Shown here: in pieces, positions 7,973 to 19,356 of the stretch
How the letters are laid out: each line of letters opens with the position of its first letter
How positions within the stretch are numbered: position 1 is the first letter of the stretch
Notes under the pieces: model-generated
Databases searched by the model: none
What the model saw: the letters and a program-made list of their open reading frames with translations, nothing else
Told to the model about the DNA's origin: nothing
IMG/VR virus record: IMGVR_UViG_3300013099_000002
Coordinates: 1-64,000 of that record
DNA: 64,000 bases
Origin: a virus
Reading direction: 5' to 3' (one strand)
Position numbers and translations under genes: made by a program

Positions 7973-10105
7973 TTATCCCAGCGTTTTGTGAATGAGTGCA
8001 TGGTTACTTATTGATGTAGGAACCGTGTTAAATTCCTTACCGGATTTTGCCGCCATAGATAAAAGTTTAATTGTTAGCTCCGAAGAACCAATGTTTTTTT
8101 CAAGTTCAGGTGTTTGTTCTATGTACCCATCTGCATCAAGAACATCCCCCAAAGTTGTTAGTTGTTGTGCCACCTCCCAACCCTCTGTAACCAAAGAATC
8201 CAATAAATCCTTATCGGTTTCGGCAGGTAGTAGCAAACAATAGTCTTTTTTGGATGATGAGACATGCGTGTTAAGGGTTTCTATTTTTTTACGCATAACC
8301 TCATAGGGAGAATCAAAAACATCCCCAAACGCGCCCATAAAGGCTTTATCAGAATCAGACAAGTAGGAGTGTTTGAGGGTCATATCCAAAAACACCTTGA
8401 CACCTTCCCCTATCGTAAGGTTTAAAAGTAATGATTGTATCCCGTCATCACCAGATAAATTGAAAGTATCAATGTAAGTATCTTCAGTTAAGGAAAGTGC
8501 TTCTCCATTATAATCAGTTATTCGGTTAATAGTTCCTTTTTGTTTAGTTATGCAATTCAATAATGATTTAGCTTCATTTGATAATTCCCCCATCGTAATA
8601 GGAACCTCAATACCAAACCAAACATTGCCAGTTTTTCCATCAATAGTAATTAAATCACCTTCTTTAACCGCACATTTACCAAGCTTCCAAGCCCCGTAGC
8701 CAAGTTCGTGTAGTTCGGTGCAACCAACCACACAAGACTTATTTAAACCCCTTGCCACAACAGCGGCATGTGAAGTTGCTCCACCGGTTTGAGTTAATAT
8801 GCCAACGCAAGCCTCCATTGCCTCAATATCATCCGGTGTAGTTTCCTTTGCAATTAAGATTGCATCCCCAGTGCAATTGATTGCAAACTCAGCAGATAAG
8901 GCAACGATACCGGAAACAACTGAACCCGAAGCAGGTATTCCTGTGCCGGTAGGTTTCACTTTAAATGAAGGATTAATGTTTGCCTGTTGCAGTAATTCAA
9001 ACTCTTTATAGGATACCCGTTTAAGTGCTTCTGTTTTAGTTATTATCTTTTCAGAATACAGGTCATAAGCAATTTTAAATGCAGCTTGGGCAGACCGTTT
9101 ACCGTTTCTGGTTTGAAGGATATAAACCTTCCCATTTTCTATAGTAAATTCAATGTCCTGCATATCTTTATTGTAAGCTTCCAATCGTTGTGCAATTTCC
9201 AACAATTCCAGCTCCACCGTTTCATTCCATTCAGCCATTTTATATAGTGGGTCAGGTGTTCGGATACCGGCAACAACATCTTCGCCTTGTGCATTAACCA
9301 AGTATTCTCCAACCGTCCCAATATCGCCCGTATTAGCACACCTAGTAAACAATACACCTGAACATGAATTATCATTCAAGTTACCAAAAACCATGGCTTG
9401 TATCGTTACAGCGGTACCCCATTCATCTGAATAGCCATGCATTTTACGATAATGTTTGGCGCGTGGATTATTCCAGCTATCCCAAACCGCCACAATAGAA
9501 TCACGTAGCTGGTCATAAAGTGGAACCTCAAAGCAAGAATCCACCTGAAAATGATTACCATAAATTGCTTCATAATCAGTAACCACCTTAGTTAAATCAT
9601 CTTCGGTCAAATCCGAATCTTCAAGAACCCCTTTTGTCTTGGATAGTGCATCTTCAAACAGTTCAGAATCAATACCGTAAGCGGTGGTTCCCATCATTTG
9701 CATTAGTCTACGTTTAGAATCCAACATAGCCCTGCGCCCCAAGCGTTCCTCCCAAAATGGTTCCGATTCCTCAGTAAGCCCAACATTCAATATAGTGTCC
9801 ATCATGCCAGGCATTGATACCCTTGCCCCAGACCGAACGGACAATAAAGGATGGAACCCATATAATTCTTTTAGCCAAGTTATCTGCTCAATAACATGGG
9901 TCATAGTTTCATTAATTATTTCTGCTTTTTTAAATTTAGGTGCATTCAAATAGTGCATACAGGCGGTAGTTGGAATAATGAATCCTGCCGGTACCGGTAT
10001 TTTTAGGTTTGCAATTTCACATAAACCAGCACCCTTTCCACCCAATGTATTGATTTGAGCTTTGGTACCAGATGCGCCATTTTTACTAAAGTTAAATATT
10101 TTCAT
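7973..10105 (-). CDS. ppdK: pyruvate phosphate dikinase-like protein lacking the PEP/pyruvate-binding barrel
   Basis: LGGKGAGL, LLSVRSGARVSMPGMMDTILNVG, QGEDVVAGIRTP, DIEFTIE..LQTR; phospho-His motif GGATSHAAVVARG; last ~205 aa unrelated to the PPDK C-domain. Confidence 0.85.
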   Translation of the reverse strand: MKIFNFSKNGASGTKAQINTLGGKGAGLCEIANLKIPVPAGFIIPTTACMHYLNAPKFKKAEIINETMTHVIEQITWLKELYGFHPLLSVRSGARVSMPGMMDTILNVGLTEESEPFWEERLGRRAMLDSKRRLMQMMGTTAYGIDSELFEDALSKTKGVLEDSDLTEDDLTKVVTDYEAIYGNHFQVDSCFEVPLYDQLRDSIVAVWDSWNNPRAKHYRKMHGYSDEWGTAVTIQAMVFGNLNDNSCSGVLFTRCANTGDIGTVGEYLVNAQGEDVVAGIRTPDPLYKMAEWNETVELELLEIAQRLEAYNKDMQDIEFTIENGKVYILQTRNGKRSAQAAFKIAYDLYSEKIITKTEALKRVSYKEFELLQQANINPSFKVKPTGTGIPASGSVVSGIVALSAEFAINCTGDAILIAKETTPDDIEAMEACVGILTQTGGATSHAAVVARGLNKSCVVGCTELHELGYGAWKLGKCAVKEGDLITIDGKTGNVWFGIEVPITMGELSNEAKSLLNCITKQKGTINRITDYNGEALSLTEDTYIDTFNLSGDDGIQSLLLNLTIGEGVKVFLDMTLKHSYLSDSDKAFMGAFGDVFDSPYEVMRKKIETLNTHVSSSKKDYCLLLPAETDKDLLDSLVTEGWEVAQQLTTLGDVLDADGYIEQTPELEKNIGSSELTIKLLSMAAKSGKEFNTVPTSISNHALIHKTLG
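8872..8885. repeat. 14-bp inverted repeat, copy 2 (in PPDK CDS)
   Basis: TGCAATTGATTGCA. Confidence 0.9.
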
Positions 10106-10134
10106 GTTTCCTCCGTGGTGTTAATGTAGGTCTA

Positions 10135-10162
10135 ATTATACTTACATAATTTTAATTGTCAA
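10135..10162 (-). promoter_or_regulatory. conserved early promoter
   Basis: TTGACA-16-TATAAT. Confidence 0.85.
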
Positions 10163-10550
10163 ATTTATTTAATGCATCAGGGCTGGGGGGCAATATACAC
10201 CCCAATTCATGTATAGCCTTAACCAGCCCTTGATTAATCAATCTCGTTTGATTTAGACGACTTCGCCCAAGGTGAAAAAACTAATAGCAGAAGTTACCGT
10301 TTATGCTACCGAGGTAAAATACCCTGTCTCCGTTGCTACCAGTTATATGCCCCACTGATTAGCTAGGGTTGTGAAAAAATTTTAATGTCCTACGCAGTCC
10401 TCAATAGCACCACCTAAACTGAATACAAAGTCCACCGAAGATTGACTATCATTTAAAACATAGCTTCGTAGGTGTACCCCGTTTTCCCCTCTATCCTCAT
10501 AGTCAGTTTGGTTGTAATTATCCTCCATAAAGGATACAAATATTTGCTGA

Positions 10551-11153
10551 TTAGTTCCCGAAGGAAATGTTACCAAAGCCATTTTCAGTTATCTCCAAAT
10601 ATAGATTACTTACCTTAACAGCCAATTCATCTAAATTAGGGCTGTCATTTATAAAACGAATATCCCCCTGCATTTCCCCATTACCATTCCAGAAACGCAC
10701 CCCATTCTCCGAAGCATGTTGATTGCTCTCTATTTCTTCAGAATCCGGTCTTTCAATATGGACTATAACACCACCAAGCTTACGAATCCATGAAGCCTCA
10801 TTATTGAATCTAACATCTGTTATCACCATAGTAAATTCGGTGTCACATTTCAATTGAGTTAAATGTAATTCTGCACGTCTAATCCAAAAATCATTTCTAA
10901 ATACATTCCTTGCACATTCAGTACCAAGCAATTGTAGCATTTCTCTTCGACTGAAACCCCAGTAGGTTACTTCTTCTTCTCGGTCAGGAAACGCCCCATA
11001 AAATTCCTCAACAGGTAGACCAAACATTTCAGAAGCCGCCCTTCTTAACGGGTCTGCAAAACCATAGCATCCGGTGTTTTTAAATTCCTGTAAGGTCATA
11101 TTAATAGTATCTTTTCCAGCTCTTGCTTTACCAGCCAAACCAATCAATCTCAT
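10551..11153 (-). CDS. deoxynucleoside monophosphate kinase
   Basis: IGLAGKARAGKDT P-loop, FADPLR, REMLQLLGTE, ITDVRFNNEA, HASE. Confidence 0.9.
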   Translation of the reverse strand: MRLIGLAGKARAGKDTINMTLQEFKNTGCYGFADPLRRAASEMFGLPVEEFYGAFPDREEEVTYWGFSRREMLQLLGTECARNVFRNDFWIRRAELHLTQLKCDTEFTMVITDVRFNNEASWIRKLGGVIVHIERPDSEEIESNQHASENGVRFWNGNGEMQGDIRFINDSPNLDELAVKVSNLYLEITENGFGNISFGN

Positions 11154-12657
11154 TATAGTTCCCTTAGTTGTTTTAATATAGATTTAATAAAGCCACAAAA
11201 TGCATAAGTTACCCATATAGGCCATAAAACCACAACAATAACCCCATCTACCCAATCAGGTTTAGGGTACCCAGACCTTTTATTTTCGTAACAATGTCGC
11301 TTGTTTAATAAGATGGCAACAATACACCCTATAAATAAATAATGAATTATCATAGTTCTACCTTTTTAGCTTTAACAAATAAATTATTTTCAAAAATAAG
11401 TTCGTAGTTCGGTACTGCATCACCTTCAATTAGTTGTTCAAATAAATCACTTATGCCAGTGTATTCGATACCACCATAAGCAAACATGTATTCAGCCCGA
11501 ACTACAACCACATTACTGAATACACTCAAACATAATTCTGGGTTTGTTTTTATCTCCTTATCCTTAATAGTAAACATCCCAACTCTTTTACTCCATTGCT
11601 CGGCATCCTTGCCTTTTGCAATGAGTTTAATATCAGCTACCGTTATCGCCATCGGATTTTTCAACAACTTCGTCAACTTTATTTGCTTCAGCTAATGCCT
11701 TTTGTTCGTTACGTGCCTTTTCAAATTCATGTTCAGTCGAAGCCACAATCATTACAGCACTGGCTGTATTTAAAAATCTACCTTCTGCTATTTGCACAAC
11801 ACCGAAGCGTTTAAATTCTCTACAAGCCGCCTGTTTGGTGTAAGCAGATACCATGTGATTAACGGTAAAGCTTTTTATTCCATCCTCTAACGCCATCGCT
11901 GGAAATATACCAGTTACCACAAATTCCTGCATGTCCTTTTTTACTTTATTTTTACTCACGTTCTTAGCCTCGCTATTTCGATTAAAAAGTTTAATTCATC
12001 TAAAAGTTTTTTGTTTCCACCCATTGACCTATCGACACAACTTAACCCTCGGATGAAAGAAGGTAAATTGTGACCACCATTAGCCCAAGCATGTTGAACA
12101 AGTATAGCTAGTGGTGGGTATTTTTCTATTTCAGATGCATACCTATCAGTGAGTCGTTTTTTCTTTAGAATCCGTACTGCCACATTGACCTCCACAGTGA
12201 GGAAGAATCATATTACCCTTTGAACAACCCTCATGTTCATATCCTACGGGGTCAGGTGCCATGATACCAGATTCTTTACGTACATCTTTAGCAAGTTCAT
12301 TTTCGGGTCGTAAAGCACCCTGTAAGCCACATTCTGCACATCGTAAAAACACGCCCCCAGCTTCAACAACTTCACTGATAGCTATTATCTCTTCTTGACA
12401 AGATTTACAGGGTTGTGAAGCTGGTACCTTCTCACATTCCAATACTGGTTGCCATGGGCTTATATGCCCCTTATACCCCTGCTTTATTACAGACCTTTCT
12501 GCCCTTTTGACTTCACCTCGGTTAGCGTAAAGCCATTGCCCATTATCAAGTTGTGCTTTTTTTAATACACCTATAGTCAACTCATCACCATCACCGCCAC
12601 AACGTAGACAGAAAGTTAAGTGAGGCTCAAGGCCTCCTTCTTTACTAATTGGAATGT

Positions 12658-12828
12658 TCATTTTATACCCCTAATATAAGCCATCACCACCCCCTGTTCA
12701 GGTCTCCAAGTTAAGTAACATCCTGCTTCTTTAGCAATAATTGCCGCTTCGGATAATAACATAACCCCAAGGGTTTTAAAGTCCTGAAGCACCACTTCAT
12801 CTTCACATTGTTTATTTACACGTACCAT
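12658..12828 (-). CDS. 56-aa hypothetical protein (below ORF-track cut-off)
   Basis: ACGGAG SD; MVRVNKQCEDE...; stop overlaps the next start (ATGA). Confidence 0.55.
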   Translation of the reverse strand: MVRVNKQCEDEVVLQDFKTLGVMLLSEAAIIAKEAGCYLTWRPEQGVVMAYIRGIK

Positions 12829-12845
12829 TTTTTATCTCCGTAAAA

Positions 12846-12857
12846 GCCATCCATGGC
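12846..12857 (-). promoter_or_regulatory. CsrA/RsmA-type stem-loop GCC-AUGGAU-GGC
   Basis: Matches CANGGANG with hexaloop, 4 nt upstream of an ACGGAG SD. Confidence 0.6.
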
Positions 12858-12867
12858 ATTGTTATAA

Positions 12868-13002
12868 TTAATAGAAACCGTATCCTTGGGCATCTATATC
12901 AGATTGTATGGAAGCCCATTCATCGTTGCGAGCTTCGATAGCTTCTTCAACTAATTGGTCACAATCAAAACCATCTTCCTCATCACATTCAAAATCATCC
13001 AT
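12868..13002 (-). CDS. 44-aa highly acidic microprotein
   Basis: MDDFECDEEDGFDCDQLVEEAIEARNDEWASIQSDIDAQGYGFY; GAGG SD upstream. Confidence 0.6.
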   Translation of the reverse strand: MDDFECDEEDGFDCDQLVEEAIEARNDEWASIQSDIDAQGYGFY

Positions 13003-13025
13003 CACAGTACCTCTCAAAGTGTTAA

Positions 13026-13037
13026 GCCATCCGTGGC
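13026..13037 (-). promoter_or_regulatory. CsrA/RsmA-type stem-loop GCC-ACGGAU-GGC
   Basis: CACGGAUG core in a hairpin upstream of an RBS. Confidence 0.6.
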
Positions 13038-13300
13038 GGTTATTCCATGTTACCCACGGGCATAATGAACAGGTCTTTCATACATGCCGTTATTATTACG
13101 AAAGATTGTAATATAATGTCCGTATTTTGTGCCGTCATCATGGGTAGTTGAAGCCGATTCCCCGTACCCGATATTCAAGCCAAATTCCCAAGAATCAACC
13201 AACCCTTCTGAATCCAAAGATTGATTTAATGTTTCAAACCAGTTTTGTTTAATTTGAGTAGCCATGATATTTAATCCGTTTTGTTGTTGAGTGTGAGTTA

Positions 13301-13328
13301 ATTATACATGAATAATTTTAATTGTCAA
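13301..13328 (-). promoter_or_regulatory. conserved early promoter
   Basis: TTGACA-16-TATAAT. Confidence 0.85.
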
Positions 13329-13335
13329 ATTTAAT

Positions 13336-13349
13336 TGCAATCAATTGCA
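13336..13349. repeat. 14-bp inverted repeat, copy 3
   Basis: TGCAATCAATTGCA. Confidence 0.9.
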
Positions 13350-14285
13350 CTACATAATCTGACGGTATTGAGTCCACCCCTTGAAATTGCCTGACCACCA
13401 GTTACCCTCAAGGTCTCTATGAGTCGCCCCTATTGGTGGTACGTCTGGGTCATTATTAAGCATAAGTTTGGCTACATGCTCAAAAGGGCTCATGTGCCTT
13501 ACTGCCGCCAAATCATCATGCAGTTTAATATCTGATAAGTAATCCGGTTGTGACTTATCATGGTTTAAATAAGAAACTCTCGCACATCTACCGGATGAAA
13601 CAGCACAAAGCTGGTCAAGTGTAACGTCCCCATTGTAGTATCTTTCATAATCAGCATCCTGTAAGTAAGGTAAGTGGGTATAAGGGTCTGAATTGTTCTT
13701 GTTCATCATTCCATTAACAGGCCTTTCAGGTGTACTGAAATTCATAGCTGAACGCATACAGTTTGCCAGTTCTTGAATTTCAGGTTGAGCATCCGGTGCT
13801 ATTCGTAACCCGAAGAAGTTATCCCATTCTGTTGCAGTAACCACAACTTTAATAAATTGATGAGATTCTGTTAATCTGTTTACAACTTGTTTATGGTACC
13901 CAGCTTTATTGAATGCATCAGCAAATATAGCTTTATCTTTTCCGGCAAGTTCCCACGCTTCTTGTGGAGAATACTCCTTCCCCATAATAAACACCGGTGT
14001 ATCTTGTTCACCATCTGCTTCCATACCGGCTTTATTTTTTCCCCAATGAACAGGTGTAGCTGGTTCGTTATTTATATTATCAAGTACCCGTTTCACTGGA
14101 ACCGCTCTACTGCTTGAAGCATTACGGCTAAATACTCTATGGGTCATAAATTCCGCATGGATATATCTATGATATTTTAATTCCAAGGTAAATAGCTCTG
14201 GTATATCTGGATAAAGTGGATTGCTTGAATGTTCAACCACTTTTGCATAGATACCGCCCTCACCTTCAACTGTCGTTTTGTACAT
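13350..14285 (-). CDS. thyX: flavin-dependent thymidylate synthase
   Basis: EFMTHRVFSRNASSSRA signature; LRIAPDAQPEI; HMSPFEH. Confidence 0.9.
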   Translation of the reverse strand: MYKTTVEGEGGIYAKVVEHSSNPLYPDIPELFTLELKYHRYIHAEFMTHRVFSRNASSSRAVPVKRVLDNINNEPATPVHWGKNKAGMEADGEQDTPVFIMGKEYSPQEAWELAGKDKAIFADAFNKAGYHKQVVNRLTESHQFIKVVVTATEWDNFFGLRIAPDAQPEIQELANCMRSAMNFSTPERPVNGMMNKNNSDPYTHLPYLQDADYERYYNGDVTLDQLCAVSSGRCARVSYLNHDKSQPDYLSDIKLHDDLAAVRHMSPFEHVAKLMLNNDPDVPPIGATHRDLEGNWWSGNFKGWTQYRQIM

Positions 14286-14767
14286 TTGTTTCCTCTTCTT
14301 TTTTGTAAGTAGAAATAGTTAATCTGTCTGAACTATCATTCAGCCCAGAATAAATTATAATGCCATCATCAAACTTTGTAGCGTAACAATATTGAGCATC
14401 ATTATTGCTAATTCTACCTATGGCTAATACCTGCCCAACGTGGGTAAGTAATTCAGCCATAGGTATATTAGTTCGATTTTCAAGAATCAACTTCTCAATC
14501 ATTGAAAAGGACTCCCATCTTTTACCGCTTGTTTTACCGTTATAACTATTTGATTTTGCATTCTTTCAACAGAATAATCGGAACTTATTACCGCTATAAT
14601 TTTCTGTGCAAGTGCTTCTCTCATTTGTTTTTCGGCATCCTTTAAGGCTTGTTGAATTATTGGTTCAGCCGCCTCCAACATTTCTTTATTCAATACATCG
14701 AACATGGCTTTTCTAAAACCATCAGTATTCAACATATTGGTATCTGATAGTGCCATACTGCCTCCAG

Positions 14768-14781
14768 TGCAATTGATTGCA
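14768..14781. repeat. 14-bp inverted repeat, copy 4
   Basis: TGCAATTGATTGCA. Confidence 0.9.
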
Positions 14782-15521
14782 ACTAACTTACAATAGTTAA
14801 TAAATATTGATACATTAATAATTCTTCAACCTTCGGTGCTTTTGGCGCGTTCGGGTCGATATAAATATAAGGGTCTGCTGGTGTTGCTTCAGGATATTTT
14901 GTAGCTAATACCGTGTTTATTGATTCCCTTACCCGTTCTATTCGCGCTTCATATACTGCACAAGTTTTACCCACCTCATTAGCTTCACTTACTGCATCAC
15001 GAACTTTTCGCTCAAGGTCTTTTATGGTTTGTTCAAGTTTGGCTTTTTCCCCAATAACATCAGATACCAAGGTATCCTTTTCTTCAATTATTTTTTCTAA
15101 ATCTGCTTTAGTAGCCATACGCTTCTCCAAGTGGTTTGTGTTCTACAGCACACCAGCACCTTACTTTATGACTTGTGGAGGTAATGTCTGGAATGTATGT
15201 ATTGTTTGTATAAATACCAGAAATAATCATGTCGTTAGTCAACATAAATAAGCAATTAGTGTCCTGTTTTGGGTGGGTAGATTCCTGCGTCCATTCTATT
15301 AATACATTACTCATTAGATTCACTCCATGCATTACCTTCAAAATGAGTAACAACTATTCGGTCTTTTAATTCCGCAAAGTCGTTACCTCGTATTAGGCCT
15401 TCAATAACATGTTCATCTTCGTGAGGCTCCAATTCAATGTACCCCCCTTCTGTTATTGATACGCCTATTCTTTTTTTACCAGTTGCCATCATTTACTCCG
15501 TTGTTATTTAATGGTAGCCTT

Positions 15522-15550
15522 ATATTAACTGATATAATTTATATTGTCAA
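15522..15550 (-). promoter_or_regulatory. conserved early promoter (variant)
   Basis: TTGACA-17-TAATAT. Confidence 0.75.
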
Positions 15551-17377
15551 ATCACATCCGCTGTACACGTTCAAAGCAACGCCAAAACTCTTGACTGCTT
15601 TGAAGCAAACAACGTATTGCAGACTTTCTGAAGTCGATTACAGAGCCAACACCGCCTTCCTTGAATGAATCCATGAAATCATCATTTAAAGCCGGTAGTT
15701 CGTCCCTACGTTCGGATAACAAGAACAATAAAGCCCTATCGGTATTATCCCCACGCTCAAATGCGGAAGTATGTAATAACTCCAGTAATTTTGCTATCTG
15801 TTCATTGTGGCTCATCACTACCTCTACGCTTTAACATGTTTCTGCTTGTCTTAATACCGAAGGCCACCTTCATAAATCTGGAAGCACCATCATTGCATAC
15901 GTCTATCATGCATCGTTGCCCAGCGTTACTGGTTTCGGCATCCAAGAAACTCATTGCCAAATTACAATGCCACCCATGAGCATAATCAGGGGCTTTCTCA
16001 AAGGCATCCTTGAGGATTCCCATAGCCATACTTATCAATGTCTCAGTTTTTGGTTTTGCTTCTGGTATGAAGTCTTGAGAATCGAATTCACGTAACCCTT
16101 TACTTCGTGCTTCATGTATCTGCATTTCATAAAAATTAACTTCTGATTTTACAGCTAAATAATAATTAGTTTTTGATTCCAATTCACGCCTTAATGTTTC
16201 TAGATTAAGTTCCCTATTGTGTAGTTGGTCTTTATGTTGCTGAAGTAGTTTTTTCATACCGCACCTGTTTAGTATTTTTTATTAAAGTAATCACAAAATC
16301 ATCCATTTGAGATATGGTAGCTTTTGCCATGGTTTCAAACATTTTCTTTTGGTAACCATTAGCTTTATAGCTTGCCATTTTAAATATTGTACGCCAGTCT
16401 CCATCATATTCAAAGACCGTAGCCGCATCTAAAAAAATACAGTGAACTTTCATTCTATGTTGGACTGGTTGTTTTCTAAAAGTGGATGTAGATTTAAGTG
16501 TTGTAGTCATTATTTGAATTCCTGTACAGTGAAGTTATGAGCTAATAGTAGCCCGTCAATATAGTTCTGAATACTACTGTGAACATTCCGTAAAGGTTCT
16601 AACGCCATAACATTACCTTCTGTAGTCTCATAAAGGTCAGGTCTGTCGTTCTGTGTAAGGGGTATTAGTCCGTGTTTTAATGGATTACCAAGGTATGTGG
16701 TTATTTGCACTCTAGGTACGTTCTCAAGCTCTTCATCGGCTTGAATTAAAGCATCCTGTAAATTGGATGCAATCATTTGCAGCATTACTGCTGTTTGTTC
16801 ATTAGTCATTAAGTTTCCTTAGAATAATTCGATACCTGCGAAGTCGCAGATGCTTCTGTGTTTAAAGTTTCCGGTTTTAATCATATTTAATGCATGTTCA
16901 ATATGCTTAATCTGCCCACGAAGAATATGAAGGTGCCTTCTTTTTCTTGCAAGAAAACAATCCATGGCTTCTGGTTCAGTTTCGGAAGCGTATTGCTTAA
17001 CGGCATTTAGATTAACGAAACGCTCCCTATACAAACCATTGACCGCCACAACTCTTATCCAAGCACCACAAGGCGTTCTACGGATTATATTGAAGTGTTC
17101 TGTGTTAATGTAATCACCGGATATTGATACCCTAAATAGGGTTCCTAGTTGTTCTGGCATCTTGTATGGCATCCTTTGTATTTTAAGTAATCCATCATTA
17201 TTGAATCGAAGTCGAAGTAACAAGATAAAAATGGAAACGTCCTTCCATTCTGCATGTCATTATAAGCTTCCGTGGCATCATGGCAAGCCGCCATCCATTT
17301 CTCAGTGCTTTCATCTTCTGCCCATTCAACCTGTGCATCTATATAAAGAAATACGTCAAGTTGTTCGGTCTCAGTCA

Positions 17378-17605
17378 TTAGTCTAACCTTTTGTATCGGT
17401 CAATAAATATTATAAGAGGTCTTGACCATAGCTTAAGGTCTTGGTCAATATAAAATACATGAGGCACGAAGTCTGTTCGGTCATCATCTGCTTCAAGGTT
17501 TGATATTCCCAACACGCGGTAGATTGTTCCTTTCTTCATGTGCTGGTATCTACGTCCTACTAAAATTTCACCCACGTTGGTTCTCCGGTACAAGTATACA
17601 TTCAA
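17378..17605 (-). CDS. DUF1653-like protein
   Basis: GRRYQHMKKGTIYRV...LWSRPL..F pattern. Confidence 0.6.
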   Translation of the reverse strand: MNVYLYRRTNVGEILVGRRYQHMKKGTIYRVLGISNLEADDDRTDFVPHVFYIDQDLKLWSRPLIIFIDRYKRLD

Positions 17606-19223
17606 GTTCTAACATTACCCCAAATACATCATCTTGTATTGCAGGTGGAGCAATTTGATTTAAGCTGTTAGCAATTGTAACCATCGCTTGATACATTGCT
17701 TTGTTTTGTTTTTCGAGTACAAGTATTCTCTCTTGTATTCCCGATACCTCATTATCCATATTAGTTCCCCCTCTTCTAAAGTTACGTCCGTTGGTGGTTT
17801 AATGCGTGGCTCAGCACCATTACGCTTCCTTCGGATATGCTTCTTTATCAATATACAAGATTCCGTCCAAACACCGCCATATTCAATTACCGCAATCTTT
17901 ACAGCATCATCTGTAAAAAACCAAAACTCAGGGTCTCCTATATCTTTTATTGATTCCCGTAAAGTTCGATACTCATTACTGTAAAGTACCGGCTTATCTC
18001 TTGCAAGTAATACCTCCCCATCACTATCAACAACCATGTACTTATTATTTTTTATTTCCTCCTTGGTTAGTAAAAATGTAAGACCATAAACATCAATCGC
18101 CACATAAGGCTTTTTTCGTTCCTCAATTTTAACGCCTATATTATTCATGCCCCCTCCCATTACACTCACCACATTCACCACTGCCTCCACAGTATTCACA
18201 GGAAACATCCTCATCAGGGTCAGGGTCAGGGTTTTCTCCAGAGCCATCACAATACAGGCAAGTACTTGCCCCATTACAATAACCACATACAGGTTTCTCG
18301 TTGCACATTAGCTCACCTCTAGCTCAGTGTAGTTGTGTTTGAAATCACTTTTACCTATAAATACTGTTTCGGGTTTCGATAAAGCAATGCTACATTGTTG
18401 CTTGTTTCCGGTAACTGTTGCATAAGTTCTGAACGTCCCGTAAGGTATCTTCATTAACTCTGCCGCCCGTCTTTGGGTATACGTTGCCACCACCAGTTCA
18501 TTCATGCCATCAAAGCACCCAGAAAACACTTTTAAATTTTTCATAATAACCTTAGTTTTCAATTTCAATTCCAAGTCTGCTTAACAAATTAAACACACCC
18601 CTGCCTTGTAAACCAGTTCGGAACTTCCATCTTCCGGTGCCAGCCCAAAAATCAATTACCTGATTCCCGTAAGAAACAATAAAGTGTGCCTCCCCATTAT
18701 GAGAAGTGAAGGGTACCCCATACCGCTCCAATATCTCCTTTGAAGATTGCCTATTATGTGCCCGTTTCTGCTTGCTATGTTCATTCAGTTCTTTGAACCC
18801 TTCAGCCCTATCGCCCATTACATTTTCCTCTTAGATTTAGTGGGGTTTATCATCCGTTCTACCATAGATTTTCTGATAAGGTGTATTCGCCACGCAAAAA
18901 ACAATTGAAGCATTCCCAATATAGTGGAAACCGTATAAAAAAACAGAAAGATTGTAGCCGCCCATAAAAACCACATAGGCACCACAAGATGTATTGATTC
19001 CATCATACCATTAGACCTTTTTCCAATATTAAATGCTCACAAGCCATTAACCACTCCTTCCCCGATAGTTTGTCTTTCGCCTCATCACATTGAGCAATAA
19101 GAAACCCGACACCTTTTGAAGTTGGATGGTTTACCTTAATTTCTTCGCGCCTAACAATAAGATTGATGTACGCAGTTTGTAATTCGTTCATTTTGATAAT
19201 CCGTTTTGGTAAAGTGTAGGTCT

Positions 19224-19251
19224 ATTGTACTTGAATAATTTTAATTGTCAA
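19224..19251 (-). promoter_or_regulatory. conserved early promoter
   Basis: TTGACA-16-TACAAT. Confidence 0.85.
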
Positions 19252-19342
19252 ATTTATTTTCATTAGCAAATTTAATCTCATTGCCAGCCAAGCGTTCACT
19301 CAATGCAGATTGTATCTTTATAAGTTCCACATCCAAACTTTG

Positions 19343-19356
19343 TGCAATCAATTGCA
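19343..19356. repeat. 14-bp inverted repeat, copy 5
   Basis: TGCAATCAATTGCA. Confidence 0.9.

Larger units (their letters stand above)
11153..13265 (-). other. run of small hypothetical early genes
   Basis: Tightly coupled minus-strand ORFs downstream of promoter 13301-13328. Confidence 0.7.

Noticed and set aside
8849-8864. TGCAATTAAGATTGCA as an additional palindrome copy
   Set aside because: Spacer is 4 bp rather than the invariant 2 bp; may be chance, although it is adjacent to copy 2
7973-10105. Functional pyruvate phosphate dikinase as a carbon-metabolism auxiliary gene, or a frameshifted pseudogene
   Set aside because: The pyruvate-binding domain is absent, but the ORF is continuous with intact catalytic motifs and no barrel-coding ORF follows
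10176-10234. tRNA gene (acceptor-like GGGCUGG/CCAGCCC stem plus T-arm-like hairpin)
   Set aside because: Too short; no D or anticodon arm, no TTC loop and no CCA end; kept only as a structured-RNA candidate
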